IMG/VR virus record: IMGVR_UViG_3300011339_000319
Span: 1 to 29,205 of that record
Direction: 5' to 3' (one strand)
Origin: a virus
Lineage: Duplodnaviria; Caudoviricetes
DNA: 29,205 nt
Shown one piece after another: positions 17,601 to 23,781 of this stretch. How positions within the stretch are numbered: the first letter of the stretch is position 1; each line of letters starts with the position of its first letter. Both the position numbers and the translations under genes were made by a program. The notes beneath the pieces are model-generated. The model searched no databases and was not told where the DNA came from. It was given only the letters and a program-made list of their open reading frames with translations.

Positions 17601-17693
17601 ATTATAAGCCAGCTTACACACATTAAGCCAACTTACATTGCGAAATGCGTTAGGGCAAACCCTATGTTTGGTGTTCGTAAGTTAGCTTACAAT
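17601..17693. promoter_or_regulatory. Divergent promoters with three TAAG-N4-CTTA operators and a TAGGG-N4-CCCTA palindrome
   Basis: TATAAT (-) at 17601-17606; TACAAT (+) at 17688-17693; operators at 17605-17616, 17624-17635, 17678-17689; palindrome at 17651-17664. Confidence 0.8.
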
Positions 17694-17699
17694 CGCAGG

Positions 17700-17849
17700 A
17701 TGACCAAACAGGAACTTATTAACAAAGCAGGCTCACGCAAGGCGTTGGCTGAACTGCTGGGCATCAGCCTGGCAGCAATCAGTCAATGGAAGGTTGTGCC
17801 CAAAGCGCGGCTGTGGCAAGCAAAAGACTTGCGGCCTGAGTGGTTTTGA
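17700..17849 (+). CDS. cro: Cro-like HTH repressor, probably leaderless
   Basis: MTKQELINKAGSRKALAELLGISLAAISQWKVVP; ATG lies 6 nt after the -10 box. Confidence 0.85.
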   Translation: MTKQELINKAGSRKALAELLGISLAAISQWKVVPKARLWQAKDLRPEWF

Positions 17850-17860
17850 TTTAAGATTTG

Positions 17861-17943
17861 GGCACGGCTAGCCTTAGCGGGCGAAAAGACGACTTATCAC
17901 CGTTCTGCCGATGTTCTTTCAGTGATAACGACCGTGATAAAGG
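17861..17943 (+). ncRNA. Candidate cis-regulatory structured RNA upstream of the replication initiator
   Basis: Closing stem GGCACGGC/GCCG(A)TGTT; inner hairpin loop TTATCAC complementary to two downstream GTGATAA copies. Confidence 0.5.
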
Positions 17944-17949
17944 TTAAAA

Positions 17950-18633
17950 ATGCACTACTACCAATTCAACATTGGTGACTACGTCAGCCACACAAGGCAT
18001 CTTTCCCCGATTGAAGACATAGCATATCGGCGCTTGCTGGATGCCTACTATTTGAGTGAACGCCCGTTGAACAGCGGTTTAACGGTTGTTGCACGGCAGA
18101 TAGGTTTACGGGATTTTGAACAAGAAGTCAAAATTGTCCTTGATGAGTTTTTTAAGCTAACTGAAGATGGTTGGATTAACGTGCGGGCAGACAAGGAAAT
18201 TGCTCATTTCAAGGGAAAAATTGAGCAAGCATCAAAGGCTGGTAAAGCATCCGCTGAACGCCGGATCAACGCCCGTTCAACGGACGTTCAACCAACCAAT
18301 AACCAAGAACCAATAACCAATAACCATAAACCAAAGAATACAAATACAGTCGCCCCGCCTTACGGCGTGACGGTTGGTGTTTGGCAGGATTGGTTGAAAT
18401 TGAGAAAATCAAAAAAGGCTGCGGTTACGCAAACCGCCTTAGACGGCATACAGCGCGAAGCAGACAAAGCAGGGGTCAGCCTACAGACAGTCCTTGAAAC
18501 GTGCTGTGAACGAGGCTGGACGGGCTTTAAGGCCGAATGGATGCAGTCTTATGCCCATCAAGACAAGAACATGGGCGCAGCCAGGGCCATTTTTGGTGAC
18601 GAAAGGAATTTCAATGTCCTCAAAATTACCTGA
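17950..18633 (+). CDS. Replication initiator, DUF1376/YdaU family
   Basis: MHYYQFNIGDY...HLS..E..AYRRLLD.YY..E.PL; C-terminal WQDWLKLRK...GWTGFKAEW. Confidence 0.88.
   Translation: MHYYQFNIGDYVSHTRHLSPIEDIAYRRLLDAYYLSERPLNSGLTVVARQIGLRDFEQEVKIVLDEFFKLTEDGWINVRADKEIAHFKGKIEQASKAGKASAERRINARSTDVQPTNNQEPITNNHKPKNTNTVAPPYGVTVGVWQDWLKLRKSKKAAVTQTALDGIQREADKAGVSLQTVLETCCERGWTGFKAEWMQSYAHQDKNMGAARAIFGDERNFNVLKIT
18055..18335. repeat. Putative replication origin: two clusters of 11-bp iterons plus tandem 7-mers
   Basis: GTTNAAC-core 11-mers x4 at 18055-18098 and x4 at 18253-18296; AACCAAT-like x6 at 18294-18335. Confidence 0.7.
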
Positions 18634-18982
18634 TGGCTGGATTCAGCGTCTGTTTGCGGCTTTGCAGGGCAACTATGGCACTCGGTTTATGAATCAATGG
18701 AAGACCGGACAGACGTTGCCGGATGGGTCTGATGCTGGTGTGGTCAACGCCATGAATCATTGGAGTGAAAAGATGGCGGGTTTCAGCGCGGCAACGATTA
18801 AGCGGGCGCTGGAGAACTTGCCGGAAGATCCGCCTACGTTGCCACAATGGATCAATTTGCTGCGCCGCAGCTATGTTGAGCCGCCTTTTTTGCAGTTGGG
18901 AAATGAATTGACCGCCGAACAGCGGGCAAAGAACAAGGCCAGGATTGCTGAACTGATTGCGAAAGTGAAATTGAATGTATGA
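18614..18982 (+). CDS. Lambda P-like replication / helicase-loader protein
   Basis: AAGGA upstream of ATG 18614; RLFAALQGNYGTRF..QW and PPTLPQW; follows the initiator. Confidence 0.6.
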   Translation: MSSKLPDGWIQRLFAALQGNYGTRFMNQWKTGQTLPDGSDAGVVNAMNHWSEKMAGFSAATIKRALENLPEDPPTLPQWINLLRRSYVEPPFLQLGNELTAEQRAKNKARIAELIAKVKLNV

Positions 18983-19154
18983 CCCCGAAGCTATCCGCGC
19001 CCGTGTTTTTGCTGACATGGTGCGCCTATGCCGCCTGCCAGCTTGGAAAGATTGGGCTTGGCGCGAAGTGCAACGCATGGATGAAGATGACTTGTTTGCT
19101 GGCATCAAGGCCCATGTGCTTGGAGAAATGAATGCGACACGCAGCCAGGGTTGA
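18975..19154 (+). CDS. Hypothetical protein, 59 aa, absent from the ORF track
   Basis: Own translation MYDPEAIRARVFADMVRLCRLPAWKDWAWREVQRMDEDDLFAGIKAHVLGEMNATRSQG; fills the gap with overlaps. Confidence 0.55.
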   Translation: MYDPEAIRARVFADMVRLCRLPAWKDWAWREVQRMDEDDLFAGIKAHVLGEMNATRSQG

Positions 19155-19398
19155 CGCAAACCAACAAGCCATAGTTGCTGCGCTACGGGCGGCTGGCTGT
19201 TATGTGTGGATCATTGGCTTGCCGGTTGACCTTTTGGTTGGATACAAAGGGCATTCTTTCTTGATGGAGATCAAGACCACTTCTAAAAAGCGATTAACGG
19301 GGTTACAAGCCGACTTTTTCCAAAATTGGGCCGGTGGTACGTTATGCAGGGTTGACAGCCCACAGGCGGCTTTAGACATGATTAGGGGCGTGGAATGA
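19132..19398 (+). CDS. Small PD-(D/E)xK nuclease (VRR-NUC / resolvase-like)
   Basis: AARVDANQ..IV.ALR..G, PVDLLVG...LMEIK, LT..Q..F...W. Confidence 0.8.
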   Translation: MRHAARVDANQQAIVAALRAAGCYVWIIGLPVDLLVGYKGHSFLMEIKTTSKKRLTGLQADFFQNWAGGTLCRVDSPQAALDMIRGVE

Positions 19399-20231
19399 AT
19401 CCATTTAAGATTACTGAGCCAACGTGCATTAGCTTTTCCGGTGGGCGTACTAGCGCCTATATGCTTTGGCGAGTCTTGCAAAGCAATGACGGTCTGCCAG
19501 CGGAGGCCATTGTTTGTTTTGCAAACACAGGAAAAGAGGAAGAGGCCACATTGCAATTTGTGCAGGACTGCTCAGAAAATTGGAATGTGCCAATTACCTG
19601 GCTGGAGTACAGGGTAGACGGATATGCGGTGGTGGACTTTGCAACCGCTAGCCGTAACGGTGAGCCGTTTGATGCCCTAATAAATCGTTTTCGTCCTACG
19701 CTTCCAAATGGAAGAGCAAGGTATTGCTCTGATTACATGAAGACCAGAACAATCCATAAACATCTAAAGGATGAGGGTTGGGAGGAGTGGGAGTCATTTA
19801 TCGGCATAAGAGCAGATGAACAAAGAAGGGTAAGCAAGTTCAGAGCTAACCCGAACCCCAAGGGTAAATATGAGACGATATTTTTACCTTTAGTGCCTGA
19901 TGGAGTCACTTCAAAAGTGGTTGGGAGTTTTTGGAAGAGTTCAAGTTTTGATCTCAAACTGCCAAACATGAATGGTAAAACCATGCATGGCAATTGCGAT
20001 TTATGTATGCTGAAACCAAAAGCCCAAATTTTGAGTTTGATTGCAGAAAAACCAGAAAGAGCATTGTGGTGGATGAATCACGAAAAAGAAGCTGCGGGAA
20101 GATGTACAGGAGATGGGAAATACTTTGCCATCGACCGTCCAAGCTACGCTCAAATGTATAAATATGCAGCGGAACAAGTCGATATGTTTGACCCTACTGA
20201 AGAAGCAATTGCCTGCTTTTGCGGGGATTAA
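19395..20231 (+). CDS. PAPS-reductase (CysH)-like PP-loop protein
   Basis: ISFSGGRTSAYML, FANTGKE, IGIRADE, GNCDLC, terminal CFCGD. Confidence 0.85.
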   Translation: MNPFKITEPTCISFSGGRTSAYMLWRVLQSNDGLPAEAIVCFANTGKEEEATLQFVQDCSENWNVPITWLEYRVDGYAVVDFATASRNGEPFDALINRFRPTLPNGRARYCSDYMKTRTIHKHLKDEGWEEWESFIGIRADEQRRVSKFRANPNPKGKYETIFLPLVPDGVTSKVVGSFWKSSSFDLKLPNMNGKTMHGNCDLCMLKPKAQILSLIAEKPERALWWMNHEKEAAGRCTGDGKYFAIDRPSYAQMYKYAAEQVDMFDPTEEAIACFCGD

Positions 20232-20513
20232 ATGCGGAGCATTAGTCAAAACCGGATGATGTGGGCAAACCTTGAAGACATTGCCCAGCAAGTAATTTGG
20301 TACGGTGTTAAGCTGACAAAAGATGAATGGAAAGACGTTTTGACCGCCGCGCTTAAAAAACAGAAGGTTGTGCCTGGCATAGAGGGCGGTTTTGTCGTGA
20401 TTGGTGCGCGTACCAGCAAGATGACTGTGCCCGAAATGACTGAACTGATAGAGTTATCAACAGCCTTTGGCACACAACAAGGCGTGAAATTCCGCGCTTT
20501 TGTAGATGATTAG
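20232..20513 (+). CDS. ninB: NinB-like recombination protein (short)
   Basis: RSISQNRMMWANLEDIAQQV.W.G.KL...EWKD...VPGIEGGFV..G.RTSKM. Confidence 0.85.
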   Translation: MRSISQNRMMWANLEDIAQQVIWYGVKLTKDEWKDVLTAALKKQKVVPGIEGGFVVIGARTSKMTVPEMTELIELSTAFGTQQGVKFRAFVDD

Positions 20514-20694
20514 ATGCCCTGAGTGCGGGACATGGACAATCGTAAAAGAGACGCGATTGGAAGCTGGCAACGCCCGTCGCCGCAGGATAGAGTGCGCCAA
20601 TATGCACCGATTCACAACCTTGGAGACTGTAATTGCTGAAAAAACACGAGTACGTCAGAAGCAAAAAACTGCTGAAATTAGTGGCAAGCCTTGA
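20506..20694 (+). CDS. Zinc-ribbon protein (NrdR N-terminal-like)
   Basis: CPECG...VKETR...RRRIECANMHRFTTLE. Confidence 0.75.
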   Translation: MIRCPECGTWTIVKETRLEAGNARRRRIECANMHRFTTLETVIAEKTRVRQKQKTAEISGKP

Positions 20695-20950
20695 TTGTCA
20701 ATCCTGCGGATCAGGCCAAATGGTGCAGGCGGCACACACAAATTGGGGTGGCGGCAAGGGTCGGGGCATCAAGGCCGATGATAATTTAGTGGCTGCGCTG
20801 TGCCTACACTGCCATTTTGAGATTGACCAAGGCGCAAATTTGGACAAAAATGAGCGCCAGCAGCTATGGAATCAGGCGCACCAAAAGACGGTGGACGCAT
20901 TGATAGGCTCAGGGCGGTGGCCTAAAGACGTACCATTGCCTTACAATTAA
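20633..20950 (+). CDS. Zn-binding putative His-Me nuclease (DUF968/DUF1364-like)
   Basis: CQSCG...QAAH.N...KGRGIKADD...ALC..CH..ID; start codon uncertain. Confidence 0.7.
   Translation: MLKKHEYVRSKKLLKLVASLDCQSCGSGQMVQAAHTNWGGGKGRGIKADDNLVAALCLHCHFEIDQGANLDKNERQQLWNQAHQKTVDALIGSGRWPKDVPLPYN
20942..20947 (+). promoter_or_regulatory. Possible -10 box of the late promoter
   Basis: TACAAT 8 nt before the structured region; no good -35. Confidence 0.4.
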
Positions 20951-20955
20951 GGTGT

Positions 20956-21144
20956 CAACACGCATGGGGATTGAGACAAATCGAGAGATTGCCGGAACGA
21001 AAACTGGCTTGTCAGTCCCCAGCCGTGTTGGTGAATGCGTAGGCTGATACGCTGCAAGTTGGCAACAGAGAGAAGTAGCAGCCTTCTGGTTACCAAGTAA
21101 CTTAGTGCGGACACTCAAGCTGGGCATCAGCGCCAGCCACCAAC
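20956..21144 (+). ncRNA. Two overlapping structured RNA elements in the late-operon leader
   Basis: Element 1 stems CAACACG/CGTGTTG, TGGGGATT/AGTCCCCA, GACAA/TTGTC capped by two hairpins; element 2 GTTGGTG/CACCAAC enclosing several hairpins. Confidence 0.7.
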
Positions 21145-21160
21145 GACTTAAAGGAAAACC

Positions 21161-21517
21161 ATGAAAAAGAATGTCGCGGATTTCATTTCGACTATGCTGC
21201 ACAGCGGCACAGTTACCCATTTTATGCATTTGTCAACCGACAGCTTTGCGGTGCACATGGCATTGGGCGCGTACTACACCGAAATTATTGAACTGACCGA
21301 CCAGTTTGCCGAGGCATACAACGGCGGGTATGAAAAGATTAAGGATTACCCCGAGAACTTTCACAACGCAAAAGACCCGCAGAAGTACATGGCAAGCATG
21401 AAAGCGTTTATTGAGAAGAATCGCGTGGCACTGCCGGATGACAGCCAATTGCAAAACATCGTGGACGAAATTGCCGCGCTGGTGGACTCTACGATTTACA
21501 AACTAACCCTCAAATGA
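21161..21517 (+). CDS. Ferritin/Dps-like four-helix protein (DUF5856-like)
   Basis: HFMHLST.SFAVHMALG.YY......D.FAEAY.G; NIVDEI..L..ST.YKL; AAGGA upstream. Confidence 0.75.
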   Translation: MKKNVADFISTMLHSGTVTHFMHLSTDSFAVHMALGAYYTEIIELTDQFAEAYNGGYEKIKDYPENFHNAKDPQKYMASMKAFIEKNRVALPDDSQLQNIVDEIAALVDSTIYKLTLK

Positions 21518-22191
21518 TCCGCATATTTGCAGGATACGACCCGCGGGAAGCTGTGGGCTACCATGTATTCTGCCAATCGGTCATAGAGCGCACTAAGGGG
21601 TTGGTCAGCATTACGCCCTTGTCCGGCAAGCAGCGGGACGGCACAAACGCATTCACCTACCAGCGGTTTCTAGTCCCATTTCTGTGCGGATTCCAAGGCA
21701 AAGCCATATTTTTGGATGGCAGCGATATGCTTATGCTGGCAGACATTGAAGACCTAGAAAGCCTGTTTGATGCGCGCTATGCCGTCCAGGTGGTCAAGCA
21801 CGACTATCAGACTAAGCACCCGAGGAAGTACATCGGCACACCAATGGAAGCCCGAAACGGCGACTACCCAAGGAAAAACTGGTCAAGCCTGATGCTGTGG
21901 AACTGCGAACATAACCGCAACAGGGTGTTGACACCCGAATTCATAGACGAATCCAGCGGCGAAGAACTGCACCGATTTCAATGGCTGCCTGATTCATTGA
22001 TCGGCGACTTGCCAAGGGAATGGAACGTGCTGGTAGGCGAACACGACCATTTGCGGACAAAAATAGCGCATTTCACGCTAGGCATACCGGAATTTGACCA
22101 TTACGCTAATTGTGATTACAGCAAGCCTTGGCTTAATACCAAAAGCCGTCTTTTGAACGGGTTGATCAACATGAAAGAAATAAGCAATTGA
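21514..22191 (+). CDS. GT-A fold glycosyltransferase (GT8/CDI-like)
   Basis: IFAGYDPRE, FTYQRFLVP, AIFLDGSDM, YPRKNWSS, LPREWN.LVGE, HFTLG.P. Confidence 0.85.
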   Translation: MIRIFAGYDPREAVGYHVFCQSVIERTKGLVSITPLSGKQRDGTNAFTYQRFLVPFLCGFQGKAIFLDGSDMLMLADIEDLESLFDARYAVQVVKHDYQTKHPRKYIGTPMEARNGDYPRKNWSSLMLWNCEHNRNRVLTPEFIDESSGEELHRFQWLPDSLIGDLPREWNVLVGEHDHLRTKIAHFTLGIPEFDHYANCDYSKPWLNTKSRLLNGLINMKEISN

Positions 22192-23423
22192 AAATTACGC
22201 AAAAAAAGGTCGACAGCCTTATTCCCTATGTAAAGAACAGCCGCACCCATTCGGACGCACAAGTAGCGCAAATTGCGGCAAGCATCAAGGAATTTGGCTG
22301 GACAAACCCCATTTTGGTGGATGGGGACAACGGCATCATTGCGGGCCACGGGCGACTCATGGCGGCGCGTAAGTTGGGTTACAAGGAAGTGCCTACCATT
22401 GAACTGGCAGACCTAACTGAGACGCAAAAGCGGGCTTACATCATTGCCGACAACCGCCTGGCGCTGAACGCAGGCTGGGACAATGAGATGCTTACCATTG
22501 AGTTAAACGACTTGCTGGCAGACGGCTTTGCGTTGGAACTGCTGGGGTTTGACCCAAAAGAATTAAACGCATTGCTCGAGCCGGAAGTGGTGCAGGGCTT
22601 AACCGATGAAGATGCCGTGCCTGATGTGCCGGAAGAGCCAAAGACCAAGCTGGGCGACATTTACCAATTGGGCAACCACCGGCTCATGTGTGGGGATAGC
22701 ACTAGCATTGATGCTGTGGATAGGTTGATGGATGGAAAAAGAGCAGACATTTGTTTTACAAGTCCTCCATATAACGCTGGGTCATTAGAAATTAAAGGAA
22801 ATGCTCGAACCAAAAAAAAATACAATTTGTTTGATGACAATCAATCAGAAGATGATTACAAAGATTTTTTAATAGCAAACTTAAATTGTATTTTTGCTGT
22901 ATCTAATGAAGTTTTGTATAACATTGGATTGGTAGAAGGCAACAAAAAAGTAATTTTGGATGTGTTATCACATTACAGAGAACAATTCAAAGACATCATT
23001 TATTGGAAAAAAAACAATGTTGCACCTCACATTCAAGGCGGTGTAATCAACAATTTAGTGGAATTTATTCTTTGTTTTGGTGATGGTAAGCGTAAATTTC
23101 AGAATGCTCAATTTAGTCAAGGTTCGTATTACAACGTAATTGAAGGTGCATCAGCTGCTGGCAATGAATTTTCAAAAATACACAAGGCCACATTTCCATC
23201 ATATTTACCTGAGAACATCATTCAGAATTTTTGTCCAATACAAGGAAAGGTATTAGACACTTTTGGCGGTACGGGAACAACAATGATTGCTGCTGAAAAA
23301 TTAGGCAGGCATTCATATTTAATGGAGTTAGACCCAAAGTATTGCGACGTTATAGTGAAGCGCTGGGAAGACTTCACAGGCAAGACGGCTGTGTTATTGT
23401 CCGAGAATGTTCAACCAGCTTAA
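22188..23423 (+). CDS. ParB-like N-terminal domain fused to an N4/N6 DNA methyltransferase (beta class)
   Basis: IIAGHGRL..A, ADNRLA; HRLMCGDST, FTSPPYN, H.ATFP, LDTFGGTGTT, MELDPKYCDVI. Confidence 0.92.
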   Translation: MKITQKKVDSLIPYVKNSRTHSDAQVAQIAASIKEFGWTNPILVDGDNGIIAGHGRLMAARKLGYKEVPTIELADLTETQKRAYIIADNRLALNAGWDNEMLTIELNDLLADGFALELLGFDPKELNALLEPEVVQGLTDEDAVPDVPEEPKTKLGDIYQLGNHRLMCGDSTSIDAVDRLMDGKRADICFTSPPYNAGSLEIKGNARTKKKYNLFDDNQSEDDYKDFLIANLNCIFAVSNEVLYNIGLVEGNKKVILDVLSHYREQFKDIIYWKKNNVAPHIQGGVINNLVEFILCFGDGKRKFQNAQFSQGSYYNVIEGASAAGNEFSKIHKATFPSYLPENIIQNFCPIQGKVLDTFGGTGTTMIAAEKLGRHSYLMELDPKYCDVIVKRWEDFTGKTAVLLSENVQPA

Positions 23424-23442
23424 CCGAGTTCCCCTCTAAAAA

Positions 23443-23781
23443 ATGCCAATCATTGCTCAAGAGGCTCACAAGCCAACCGATGAAAGCCGCAGGATGGTCG
23501 AAAGCACCAGCGGATTGGGCCTGCCTCACGAACAAATTGCCATTTTGGTGGGCATAGACGATAAGACCCTGCGAAAGTATTACCGCGCCGAATTGGACTT
23601 AGGCAAGGCCAAAGCCAACGGGCAGATTGCCAAAACGCTGTTTAGCAAAGCCACTAGCGGGGACACCACGGCGCTGATATGGTGGACAAAGACGCAAATG
23701 CGCTGGGCTGAAACGGTCAAGCAGGAAATCACCGGCGCTGACGGTAATGATTTGGTGATCAAATGGGCAGCAGGGAAATAA
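23443..23781 (+). CDS. terS: Terminase small subunit
   Basis: HTH (IAILVGIDDKTLRKYY..EL..G), GDTTALIWW.K, EITGADG; immediately upstream of TerL. Confidence 0.8.
   Translation: MPIIAQEAHKPTDESRRMVESTSGLGLPHEQIAILVGIDDKTLRKYYRAELDLGKAKANGQIAKTLFSKATSGDTTALIWWTKTQMRWAETVKQEITGADGNDLVIKWAAGK

Noticed and set aside
17445-17699. N-terminal extension of Cro shown in the ORF track
   Set aside because: It runs across the promoter/operator region and an opposite-strand gene; the HTH domain begins at ATG 17700
17894-17940. Lambda operator half-site (TATCACCG) or DnaA boxes
   Set aside because: No 17-bp operator symmetry, and TTATCAC does not match TTATCCACA; RNA pairing explains the arrangement better
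18294-18335. CRISPR array or contingency microsatellite
   Set aside because: Degenerate 7-mers without spacers, in frame within the initiator; fits an origin element
19395-20231. Dnd phosphorothioation system
   Set aside because: No dndA/B/D/E or ssp partner genes present
21027-21144. Canonical tRNA gene
   Set aside because: No TTCGA T-loop, no 7-nt anticodon arm and no CCA after the stem; kept only as a tRNA-like fold
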